Assembly: GCA_015233195.1 (NCBI GenBank)
Contig: JADFYE010000001.1
Coordinates: 83,583-147,582, forward strand
DNA: 64,000 nucleotides
Direction: 5' to 3'
Origin: Candidatus Omnitrophota bacterium
GTDB taxonomy: Bacteria; Omnitrophota; Gorgyraeia; Zapsychrales; Zapsychraceae
The position numbers and the translations under genes were made by a program. The notes beneath the pieces were generated by a model. It worked only from the letters and a program-made list of their open reading frames with translations. It had not been told where the DNA came from and did no database searches. Position 1 is the first letter of the stretch; every line of letters begins with the position of its first letter. This document shows positions 37,695-46,566 of this stretch, piece after piece.

Positions 37695-38420
37695 TTATTT
37701 TTTAAGCCAATGTTTTTTTAATGCGAAAATATACCATTTGATATATCTGGGCAGCCATTGAGCTAACTTGAAATTTGATTTACCTGCAGTGCGGTCTTGC
37801 CAGGTGGTAGGGATCTCGGCAATTTTAAATCCTTTAAAGTGGGCTTTAATGGTTATTTCCATTCCTAATTCAAAGCCGCCGTTACTTTCAATAGTAATAG
37901 CTTTTAAGACTTGAGGCGAATACATTTTAAAGCTATTGGTTATATCGTGGGTAGGCAGACCAGCTAAATAATGTAAAGAAACTCCGGCTACGCGGGATAA
38001 GGTTTTTTTAAACCAGGGACCACCAATCTGTTTGCCGCCTTTCATGTAACGGGAACCGCAGACCAGGTCAAAGTCGCTATTAAGTAATTCTAACATTTTG
38101 TCAACTTTGCAAAGGTCATCTGAGAGGTCAGCCATAGTAACTAAAGCCGGATTTTCCCCAGAGGATTCAAGACCGGTTTTAATAGCGTTTAAAGCTCCAC
38201 GACCGTATTTATTTTGCATTAATAGTATGTTAGTCGCCTTAGTATTTTTTATATATTCAGTAACTTTGGGGATAGTGGTATCTTGCGGAGTATCGTAGAC
38301 GATAAGTACAGTGTTTGGTACAAGGATTAATTCTTTGATTTTGTCCAGCGTCGATTTAATGACGTCGCTTTCATTATAAACCGGGATAACAATGGTTAAA
38401 TGCTCAAATTTCATTGTCAC
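37695..38420 (-). CDS. family 2 glycosyltransferase (ArnC/DPM1-like polyprenyl-phosphate glycosyltransferase)
   Basis: 'LTIVIPVYNE', 'LIVYDTPQDTT' and 'MADLSDD' mark a GT-A fold of about 240 aa, typical of the Dpm1/ArnC/GtrB group. Confidence 0.78.
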   Translation of the reverse strand: MTMKFEHLTIVIPVYNESDVIKSTLDKIKELILVPNTVLIVYDTPQDTTIPKVTEYIKNTKATNILLMQNKYGRGALNAIKTGLESSGENPALVTMADLSDDLCKVDKMLELLNSDFDLVCGSRYMKGGKQIGGPWFKKTLSRVAGVSLHYLAGLPTHDITNSFKMYSPQVLKAITIESNGGFELGMEITIKAHFKGFKIAEIPTTWQDRTAGKSNFKLAQWLPRYIKWYIFALKKHWLKK

Positions 38421-38425
38421 GTTTT

Positions 38426-39445
38426 TCAGATTCCTCCCAACTTAATCTGTTCTCTAATCCAGGGGATGATTTCATCTAACGCTGTATCGAGCGAGGTGTT
38501 AGCTTCGAATCTAAGTATATCTTTGGCTTTTTGTACGTTAGGAACTCGTTTTTGTACGTCGTACTGGAACGGTTTATCGGTTGTGTATTTAAATGGTTTA
38601 TTCGGATTTATTTTTTTCCAAATTGTTTCTGCAAGTTCAAGTACGGTAGTTGAGATAGGCGTGGATAAGTTAAAATCATTGTTAATAGCTTTAGGGTTTT
38701 CTATGCAAAGCCGGATGCCTTTAGCTAAATCACCGCCGTAAGTGTAATGACGGATTTGCCCACCATCGCCTAAAATATGCAGAGGGTCTTGACCTTTTAA
38801 AATCTTTTGGACTAAGTCAGGTACTACGTGGCTCATTGCCAGTTTTACATTGCCGGACATGATCTCTTTATCAGTTAACGCGCGTTTCTCGCCTGTTCCT
38901 ATACAATTAAAAGGTCGGATTATGGTGTAAGGTAATTTATATTGTTCCCACGCGCCTTTGGCAAAATATTCACAGGATAATTTTTGAAAGCCATAAGTAG
39001 AGAGCGGAGGAGGACATTTTAGCTGTTCTCCCTCAGGCGTGGGGAATATGTCGGTTGATTCAAAAACCATGGAAGAAGACATCACGTTGATTTTTTTTAA
39101 TTGTTTATTTTTAAATGCCCATAATGCCGCGTCAAAAGTGGCAGCAGTAATGCGTTCGTTTTCTGCTAATAGGTCATAAGCGAATTCGTGGAATAAAGAG
39201 ATGCCGCCGATGATCGCGGCACAGGCTAAGACCTGATCGCAGTCAGCGATAAGCGCTTTCATTAAAGGCAGGTCTTTGGCATCGCCTTCAACCAGACGGT
39301 AATTAGGGTTAAGGTCATAACTCTTTTCTACTTTGCCGTATTTGGAAAAATTATCGATACCGACTACATGATGACCATGACTTAATAATTCTTCAATTAA
39401 ATATCCGGCAATAAATCCGCTGGAACCTGTAACTAATATTTTCAT
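38426..39445 (-). CDS. NAD-dependent epimerase/dehydratase (extended SDR)
   Basis: 'ILVTGSSGFIAGYL' is the Rossmann motif. 'YGFQK' supplies the catalytic YxxxK. Confidence 0.85.
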   Translation of the reverse strand: MKILVTGSSGFIAGYLIEELLSHGHHVVGIDNFSKYGKVEKSYDLNPNYRLVEGDAKDLPLMKALIADCDQVLACAAIIGGISLFHEFAYDLLAENERITAATFDAALWAFKNKQLKKINVMSSSMVFESTDIFPTPEGEQLKCPPPLSTYGFQKLSCEYFAKGAWEQYKLPYTIIRPFNCIGTGEKRALTDKEIMSGNVKLAMSHVVPDLVQKILKGQDPLHILGDGGQIRHYTYGGDLAKGIRLCIENPKAINNDFNLSTPISTTVLELAETIWKKINPNKPFKYTTDKPFQYDVQKRVPNVQKAKDILRFEANTSLDTALDEIIPWIREQIKLGGI

Positions 39446-40638
39446 AATATTTTCCCGCCTTTATTATAAAAGTTCCAAATGTCGACTAAGTGAATATGCT
39501 CGGGGATTTTTAATTCAGAGTATTCTTTGTGTGGTGTGCCAACTATAAGTATGTCGCATTTTTTTAGAAGCTCATCAGTAGTTACAAAATCAGCATCTTT
39601 TATGTAAACGTCATGGCACAATACTTGAGCAGCTTCGACAGTCAAGATTTTTTTAAGTTTGTAGGATAATGATTCGCGTTTATCGTCTATGTTAGCTTTA
39701 AAAGCCATGCCTAAAATTCCGACGGTCTTAGTTTTTAGGTCAATCTTGGATTGAAGCTGGCTAATTACAAAATTAGGCAAGCCTTCATTAAGCAGCATAG
39801 CAGAATGCCCTAAAAAGAAATTGTTATTGCTGAAAGAAGAGAGCTGCATAGTGTCTTTAAATAAACAAGGACCAGCCGCAAACCCGGCTTTGGGGAACGC
39901 TTTTGCCCGAGGATAATTAAAAGTAAGGGCATCGTAAATTTTATAAAAATCCAAGTTGTGACTCGCGGCTAATTGATAGAACTGGTTAGCAGTAGCGAAC
40001 ATTATGTAGCGCCAGGAATTGGTAAATAATTTTGCCAGTTCAGCTTCAGGCGGAGTCAGGCGTAATACATCTTTAGTCAGATGTTTGAATAATTTTTCAG
40101 CCTCTTCAAATGAGGTTTCATCAAAAGCGGAAATTATTTGGGGAAGGGTTCGTAATTCTTCCATGCCTTTGCCTTCAGCTAAACGTTCCGGACAAAAGGA
40201 TAAACGCACATTTTTATTATGTTTTTTTAAATAAGCACAAACGTTTTCAGTAGTACCGGGATAAACTGTACTGCGTAAGACGATATGCTGCCCGTCAACA
40301 ATGTCTTGCATTAATCCGTCGAAGAAATCTAAAAATATGCGGTATTGCGGATTTAAGTATTCATCGACCGGAGTACCAATCACTACGACTACATAATGGG
40401 CTTGGCGGATGACATTTTTATCGTTTGAAACAAAGAAGGTGTTATTTAAGACTTTTGCCAGCACCTCATCAGCGCCTTGTTCCATAAACGGTATTTTTCC
40501 TGCGGATATAGTCTGGACAGCTTTTTCATTAATGTCATAAGCTGCGACTTTCATTCCAGTTTGAGCGAGGGATATCCCAAGAGGTAAGCCAATGTGACCC
40601 AGCCCGCCGATAACACAAACATCGTAAGCATTTGCCAT
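39442..40638 (-). CDS. nucleotide-sugar dehydrogenase (UDP-glucose/GDP-mannose dehydrogenase family)
   Basis: The N-terminus reads 'VCVIGGLGHIGLPLG'. The catalytic Cys lies in 'AAGPCLFKD'. Confidence 0.85.
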   Translation of the reverse strand: MANAYDVCVIGGLGHIGLPLGISLAQTGMKVAAYDINEKAVQTISAGKIPFMEQGADEVLAKVLNNTFFVSNDKNVIRQAHYVVVVIGTPVDEYLNPQYRIFLDFFDGLMQDIVDGQHIVLRSTVYPGTTENVCAYLKKHNKNVRLSFCPERLAEGKGMEELRTLPQIISAFDETSFEEAEKLFKHLTKDVLRLTPPEAELAKLFTNSWRYIMFATANQFYQLAASHNLDFYKIYDALTFNYPRAKAFPKAGFAAGPCLFKDTMQLSSFSNNNFFLGHSAMLLNEGLPNFVISQLQSKIDLKTKTVGILGMAFKANIDDKRESLSYKLKKILTVEAAQVLCHDVYIKDADFVTTDELLKKCDILIVGTPHKEYSELKIPEHIHLVDIWNFYNKGGKIL

Positions 40639-40798
40639 AAATATTCCTGTTTATCCGATTAAAATAAAAAAACTATTGAACTATCCCTATATTAATAACA
40701 AACAGAGATTTTGCAATTTATATTTGTGATTTGCTTTTATGATTAAGGACGTGGCATACTTTAGAATCAATAACAATAATACTATTTATATTAAATCT

Positions 40799-43102
40799 AT
40801 GCGTTTAAAACACTTATATATATTGCGTAAAAGTGTTACGTCAATTGTTCTATTCGCTTTCCTATTAACAAATGGGTTTGCTCATGTCTGTTCTGCGCAA
40901 AATGTTGTTACGCAAATAACTTTAAGTCCGGCATTTACACCCTCGCTTCTTACTGGTGTGAAAGTTTTTCCTGAAGATCCGTTTAAGTTGGAGTTTATTG
41001 TTAATAAAGGTCCAGTAAAATCGCTTCGCGATCACGGGGTTGATGATAGTCATTCTGAGGCTTTAGCCGAAGAATCTAAAAAATTAATCAAATATTTCCT
41101 CGCTTCAGTTACTATCCCAGAAAATGATCTTTGGGTTAATCTCTCGCCTACAGAAAAAAATCGGATTACAACAGAAGCATTTGGTCAAACTGAAATGGGG
41201 CGAGACTTACTCGCGCAGGATTACATCCTTAAACAAATCACATCAGCACTACTTAATCCTGATAATGAAACAGGTCGGAAATTTTGGAATGAAATTTATA
41301 GTAAAAGTTATAACGTAGGGGCACGACATGTCGTGCCCGAAATTCCAACAGATATCTTGAGTAAAGTTTGGATCGTCCCAGCAAAGGCAGTGGTTTATGA
41401 AGGGAAAGATAGCGCGTATGTTGTGGAGAGTAAATTGAAAGTGCTTTTGGAAACTGATTATTTTACGATGCAAAAAATGAAAAATTCCAAAAGCATCCCG
41501 AGGACACAGGACGAGGGAGTACCACAAAAAGATCCTTCACCTTCGCAAGCTCAGGCTCAGGATGACGCAAAGTTAAATATGCAATTAATGCGTCATATCA
41601 TTGTCCCCGTACTTGAAAAAGAAGTTAACGAAGGCAAGAATTTTGCACAACTGCGTCAGGTCTATAACTCACTCATCCTTGCAACCTGGTACAAGAAAAA
41701 AATAAAAGATAGTATATTTAACGCGTATATCGACCAGAAAAAAATCGCTGGCGTTGACATTTCGGACAAATCCGAAAAAGAAAAAATTTGGGCACAGTAC
41801 GTTGAAACATTTAAAAGAGGCGCATATAATTATGTCAAAGAAGAATACGACCCTAACGCTCAACAGATAATTGCAAAAAAATATTTTTCAGGTGGGGTAC
41901 AAATTAATGGGCGTTATAAAAAAGCTGAACGCGCGCAACTCGCCGCTAAAAAATCAGACGGAGCAATGATAGTTCGCGTTTTTTTGGATCCAGAGCAAAC
42001 TCAAGAAATTATTCAGATTAAAGATGGAATAGATCTTCGGAAGGTTGTAAAAGAAGCTTTTGTGAAAAATCCTAATATTGTTTTAGAAATACCAGGACAT
42101 AATATTCGATATGAAAATTTGCAAAGTTTAGGATTTGGAGGGTTTGGAAATGTTTATGCGGCTACGAGAAGGTCTGCGGATATGCATGACGGTAAAAGAG
42201 TGGCGATTAAAACATATGAAAGTGTAGGATGGTTTAGCTCGAAAACTGAAGTTTTTAGGGAATTTTTAAATGTAAGGAGTGGCGATGTTGCTGCTAAAAA
42301 CTTTTTTGTTGGTGTGACAGATTTTCGGGATGCAGCCAATGGCGACAGTTTAGATGTATGGAAAAATTATGGTTTGTTGGATATGGATTATATTGAAGGT
42401 ACGCGATTTTTTGAATTAAAAGATAAACAGCAGAAAATCAGAATTTTATTATATGTAATTGAGCAAATGGCAGGTTTTTTTAGAGAATATGGCGTTGTTC
42501 ATGGTGATTTACGAGCGAATAATATTTTGATCAAATCTGACGGCTATCCAATTGGAATTGATTGGGATTCGTTGTATATGTATAACGATTTGATGGATCG
42601 GTTTAAGTTTGTAAAAAGAGATATTAATACAGTTGGAACAATGCTTTTACATGTATTTGATCCTAAAGCAACTCTTCATTTAGTTACTGATCCCAAGTCG
42701 ACAACTAAAGGTTTAATCGTACAAATTAGTGGAGGCGAAAACATTCCTCCTGGAATAAAAAAAATTATTAAAAAGGCGGTATTTTGCAGAGAAGATAATC
42801 GTTTTGAATCTTTAGAAGATTTGTTGATTGATTTAAAAGCAGCTTTAGCAGAAGAAATGCCGGAGATTTTTACGAATAATAATTTACACGACGGTGATCA
42901 GGCGATGAAACACACTGGGGGTATTGATTTAACCGGAGATAAAATGGCTGTTCAGGTTGAGGGGACTGGTGATGGCATTCAGTTCAAGTTCGATCAAGCT
43001 ATGATCGCTAAAATTCAAAACGCTTCAGGACTTGCGCCTGTCATTATTGATATTAGGAACATGAATATAAGCCTGCTGCAGTTTTTAGGAGTTAATGAAT
43101 AA
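40799..43102 (+). CDS. exported paralogue of the giant protein: signal peptide + N module + Hanks-type kinase-like domain + C-terminal 'GGIDL' module (no deaminase)
   Basis: The signal reads 'SIVLFAFLLTNGFAHVCSAQN'. The N module aligns with 30562-36057 along about 360 aa. The kinase has a G-loop 'GFGGFGNVY' (nt 42131), 'VAIK' (nt 42200), 'HGDLRANN' (nt 42500) and 'GIDWD'. The ATG at 40799 is preferred over the track start at 40739. Confidence 0.82.
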   Translation: MRLKHLYILRKSVTSIVLFAFLLTNGFAHVCSAQNVVTQITLSPAFTPSLLTGVKVFPEDPFKLEFIVNKGPVKSLRDHGVDDSHSEALAEESKKLIKYFLASVTIPENDLWVNLSPTEKNRITTEAFGQTEMGRDLLAQDYILKQITSALLNPDNETGRKFWNEIYSKSYNVGARHVVPEIPTDILSKVWIVPAKAVVYEGKDSAYVVESKLKVLLETDYFTMQKMKNSKSIPRTQDEGVPQKDPSPSQAQAQDDAKLNMQLMRHIIVPVLEKEVNEGKNFAQLRQVYNSLILATWYKKKIKDSIFNAYIDQKKIAGVDISDKSEKEKIWAQYVETFKRGAYNYVKEEYDPNAQQIIAKKYFSGGVQINGRYKKAERAQLAAKKSDGAMIVRVFLDPEQTQEIIQIKDGIDLRKVVKEAFVKNPNIVLEIPGHNIRYENLQSLGFGGFGNVYAATRRSADMHDGKRVAIKTYESVGWFSSKTEVFREFLNVRSGDVAAKNFFVGVTDFRDAANGDSLDVWKNYGLLDMDYIEGTRFFELKDKQQKIRILLYVIEQMAGFFREYGVVHGDLRANNILIKSDGYPIGIDWDSLYMYNDLMDRFKFVKRDINTVGTMLLHVFDPKATLHLVTDPKSTTKGLIVQISGGENIPPGIKKIIKKAVFCREDNRFESLEDLLIDLKAALAEEMPEIFTNNNLHDGDQAMKHTGGIDLTGDKMAVQVEGTGDGIQFKFDQAMIAKIQNASGLAPVIIDIRNMNISLLQFLGVNE

Positions 43103-43167
43103 TCTTCTTCTAGGATGATTCAATAATAAAATGAATATTTATATTAAGATCATTAGGAAACCTTGCC

Positions 43168-43196
43168 TTGTCATTAGCGTTAACGTCTGGTAGAAT
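43168..43196 (+). promoter_or_regulatory. putative promoter (TTGTCA-17-TAGAAT with upstream TG)
   Basis: TTGTCA at 43168-43173 and TGgTAGAAT ending at 43196. Confidence 0.35.
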
Positions 43197-43237
43197 GGTC
43201 GAAATTTTAATAGTATATAGTATAAGGAGAAATGATT

Positions 43238-43711
43238 ATGGCTCGACCGGATTGGGATCAATATTTTATGAAATTGGCAATGTTAGCGTCGGAAAGGGCA
43301 ACTTGTCCACGGATGCATTGCGGTTGTGTTTTGGTAAAGGGTAAAAGTGTTATCGCGACTGGATATAATGGTTCTATTCCCGGTGATGATCATTGTGAGG
43401 ATGTGGGTTGTCTGGTCGTGGAAAATCATTGCCAGCGGACTAATCATGCGGAGATGAACGCGCTTACGCAGGCGGCAAAACATGGCAGTGCGGTTGATGG
43501 GGCAACTGCTTATGTTACTAATATGCCGTGTACGACTTGCGCGAAAGCGGTCATTGCTGCGGGTATTAAGCGGGTGGTTATTTTCTCGGATTATCATAGC
43601 ACGTTAGCTACGGATTTTTTTGCTAAAGCTAAAGTGCAGATTGATAAAATTGCTATGCCGAGTAAAGATATTGTGTATGATTTGGAAAAATATACGTCGG
43701 CGAAAAAATAA
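43238..43711 (+). CDS. comEB: dCMP (deoxycytidylate) deaminase, ComEB-like
   Basis: Zinc motifs 'HAEMNAL' and 'PCTTCAKAV'. AAGGAG lies 8 nt upstream of the ATG at 43238. Confidence 0.85.
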   Translation: MARPDWDQYFMKLAMLASERATCPRMHCGCVLVKGKSVIATGYNGSIPGDDHCEDVGCLVVENHCQRTNHAEMNALTQAAKHGSAVDGATAYVTNMPCTTCAKAVIAAGIKRVVIFSDYHSTLATDFFAKAKVQIDKIAMPSKDIVYDLEKYTSAKK

Positions 43712-44892
43712 TGTTAAAGACTAATAAAACACATATTGTTGATGAAAAAGGTAATCCGGTTCAACTGCGCGGAGTAAATTTCGGCGGTTGGTTGATGATG
43801 GAGGCGTATATACTTCACGCGCCTAATTACGCGGAACATTTATTTAAAAAGAAATTTGCGCAAGTGTTGGGTGAGGATGTGTTGGCAGAATTTGAATGCG
43901 CGTTCCGAGATAATTTTATTCAGGAGGAGGATTTTAAGAATATAAAAAAATTAGGTTTTAATTGCATCCGTGTTCCGTTTAATTATCGTGTGGTAGCGCC
44001 GGCGATGTCTGGTAAAGATAGAGGCGGATTAAAGTATTTGGATTTGGCAGTTGAATGGGCAGAGAAATATGGGATATGGGTAATATTGGATTTGCATGCC
44101 GCGCCAGGAAGCCAGAATCACGATTGGCATTCTGACAGCGATGGACGAGCGAAATTGTGGACGCATCGGTCCAATCAGAAAAAGACTTTGGCAGTGTGGG
44201 AATTTGTGGCAAATCGATATAAAGATTGTAAATCAGTTGCCGGTTATGATCTTTTGAATGAATCAGTATTAGAGGATACAGCGCTTTTGAATAAATTTTA
44301 TAAAGAGATTATTAAGACGATCCGTTCGGTTGATAAAAATCATATTTTGTTTATTGAGGGGAATAAATGGGCTACTAATATCGCGTGTTTAGATGAATTC
44401 GAAGATGATAATTACGTTTTAAGTATTCATAGTTATGAACCTTTGCATTTTACTTTTCATTTTGAACCAGGTTTAAGATATCCGTTAAAATCATTAAATT
44501 ATAAGTGCGATCGTTCGACTTTGGCCAAGCATTTGAAGCAGTATGCTGATATTGGTAGAAAACGACAAGTTCCTTTGTATAATGGCGAATTTGGAGTGCA
44601 TTATAGAGAAGGGTTTTATGGCGAGGATTTATGGGTTCTGGATATGGTTTCGATTATGAATGATCTTGGCATTCATTGGACGTACTGGACTTATAAAGCG
44701 ATTAAAAATTCTGTTTTCCCAGACGGATTATATAGTTATTATCCTAACCCAGTTTGGGTAAACCGCATGGGACCAGTAAGCGGATGGGATACATTCAGCC
44801 GTTTATGGAAAGAGCATAAAAATGCAAAGGCACTTTCTTGGCGGACACAAGAATTTAAATTGAATAAAGAAATATTAAATGGTTTAAAATAA
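43711..44892 (+). CDS. glycoside hydrolase family 5 (cellulase-like)
   Basis: 'RGVNFGGWL', 'IRVPF' and 'DLLNES' (acid/base Glu region). No obvious signal peptide. Confidence 0.78.
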   Translation: MLKTNKTHIVDEKGNPVQLRGVNFGGWLMMEAYILHAPNYAEHLFKKKFAQVLGEDVLAEFECAFRDNFIQEEDFKNIKKLGFNCIRVPFNYRVVAPAMSGKDRGGLKYLDLAVEWAEKYGIWVILDLHAAPGSQNHDWHSDSDGRAKLWTHRSNQKKTLAVWEFVANRYKDCKSVAGYDLLNESVLEDTALLNKFYKEIIKTIRSVDKNHILFIEGNKWATNIACLDEFEDDNYVLSIHSYEPLHFTFHFEPGLRYPLKSLNYKCDRSTLAKHLKQYADIGRKRQVPLYNGEFGVHYREGFYGEDLWVLDMVSIMNDLGIHWTYWTYKAIKNSVFPDGLYSYYPNPVWVNRMGPVSGWDTFSRLWKEHKNAKALSWRTQEFKLNKEILNGLK

Positions 44893-45704
44893 TGGAAAAG
44901 ATCACCAGTACTACTAATCCTAAAATTAAAAAATTGATCAGCTTGCGTGACAGTAAACACCGTCGAGAAGAAGGGCTTACGGTGGTTGAAGGCTATATGG
45001 AGGTTAAGCGGGCGTTAGCTTGCGCGTTTCAATTGACTGAAGTGTTTTATTGCGCGGATTTATTAAAAAAATATGACGATTGTATGGTTTTGGAACAATT
45101 GAAAAATCAACGGGCACGTTTAGTTGAGGTGTCAGATAGTGTTTTTGAAAAAATTTCATACGGCGATCGGCAGGAAGGGATTATAGCTTTATGTAAACCA
45201 AAAACATATGCTTTACGTGAATTAGTCAAGTTACAAAAGCCAAAATTACTTATGGTTTTGGAATCTGTAGAAAAGCCGGGTAACTTAGGTGCGATATTAC
45301 GGACTTGCGACGCGGTTGGTGTGGACGGTGTTATTGTGTGTGATAAGCGTACTGATATTTTTAATCCTAACGCGATCCGAGCGAGTTTAGGCACGGTATT
45401 TTCAGTTAAGATCGCGTTGTGTTCAAATGATGAGGCGTTGGAGTTTTTTAAAGCTAACAAAATTCAAGTGTGCGCGGCGTTTCCAGACGGAAAACAAGTT
45501 TATTCAGATACGGATTTGACTAAATCTACTGCGATAATAATGGGGACAGAGCATGAGGGATTGACGGAGTTTTGGATGCGCAACGCGGATACTCGAGTTC
45601 GTATACCAATGAACGGATTAGCAGATTCTTTGAATGTTTCAGTATCAGCGGCAGTGCTGTTATATGAAGCCCTTCGTCAAAGGACAAAGAAAGAGGTAGC
45701 ATGA
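44892..45704 (+). CDS. TrmH/SpoU-family RNA 2'-O-methyltransferase
   Basis: SPOUT motifs 'ESVEKPGNLGAILRT', 'IIMGTEHEGL' and 'SLNVSVSAAVLLYE'. Confidence 0.8.
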   Translation: MEKITSTTNPKIKKLISLRDSKHRREEGLTVVEGYMEVKRALACAFQLTEVFYCADLLKKYDDCMVLEQLKNQRARLVEVSDSVFEKISYGDRQEGIIALCKPKTYALRELVKLQKPKLLMVLESVEKPGNLGAILRTCDAVGVDGVIVCDKRTDIFNPNAIRASLGTVFSVKIALCSNDEALEFFKANKIQVCAAFPDGKQVYSDTDLTKSTAIIMGTEHEGLTEFWMRNADTRVRIPMNGLADSLNVSVSAAVLLYEALRQRTKKEVA

Positions 45705-46561
45705 GACTACAAGTTTTTTTATCCAGAAATGGCGTGAGTTCTCGTCGAGAAGCTTTGGAGATTGTTAAAGCTGGTACGGTTGAGGTTAATGGTACAGTTA
45801 TTGATGAACCTTCTTTTGAAGTTGATCCGACCAAAGATCGGGTTATGTGTAAAGGCATAACTATTGAGCCAAAGCCGTACAAATATATTCTTATGAATAA
45901 ACCTAAGAATGTTACGACTACAAAATTTGATCCGCACGCGACGAAAACGGTTTATGATATTTTACCAAAACATTTTAATTTTGTGGCTCCAGTAGGGCGA
46001 TTGGATCGCGACACCGAAGGGTTATTATTATTGACCAATGATGGAGATGTGGCTCACGCTTTGACTCACCCTAGTTTTAAAGTCGAGAAAACTTATTACG
46101 CATGCGTGGAAGGTCGGCTGGACGGTGAATCTAAAACTAAATTAGAAACCGGAGTATATTTAGACGGTATAAAAACTGCTCCTTGCCATATACAGATCTT
46201 GCGTAAAAGTAAAGAAATGACTGAAGTGCGGATCACTTTACATGAAGGTCGGAATCGTCAGGTCAGACGCATGTTTGCTAAAGTAAAAACCAGAGTTAAA
46301 TTTTTACAGCGTATTGAGCAGGGTCCATTGAAACTTGGCAATTCTAAACCTGGCTGGTGGCGGGAGCTGACAACAGAGGAAGTGGCAGCGTTGAAAGAAA
46401 TAGTTCAAAAGAACCGGCTGAAAGAAGAGCAAGTAAGCGATAGTATCGTCACCCGAAAACCTGGATCAGGCAAAAGTTTTTGGAAGTCGAAAGCGTTAAA
46501 GAAGTTAAAACCAAAACAAAAAATAAACATAAGAAGTAAGAAAGTTTACGGCAGAAAATAG
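45701..46561 (+). CDS. rluB: pseudouridine synthase, RsuA/RluB family, with S4 domain and Lys-rich tail
   Basis: The S4 N-terminus reads 'RLQVFLSRNGVSSRREA'. The catalytic motif is 'GRLDRDTEGLLLLTNDG'. Confidence 0.8.
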   Translation: MRLQVFLSRNGVSSRREALEIVKAGTVEVNGTVIDEPSFEVDPTKDRVMCKGITIEPKPYKYILMNKPKNVTTTKFDPHATKTVYDILPKHFNFVAPVGRLDRDTEGLLLLTNDGDVAHALTHPSFKVEKTYYACVEGRLDGESKTKLETGVYLDGIKTAPCHIQILRKSKEMTEVRITLHEGRNRQVRRMFAKVKTRVKFLQRIEQGPLKLGNSKPGWWRELTTEEVAALKEIVQKNRLKEEQVSDSIVTRKPGSGKSFWKSKALKKLKPKQKINIRSKKVYGRK

Positions 46562-46566
46562 GGTTT

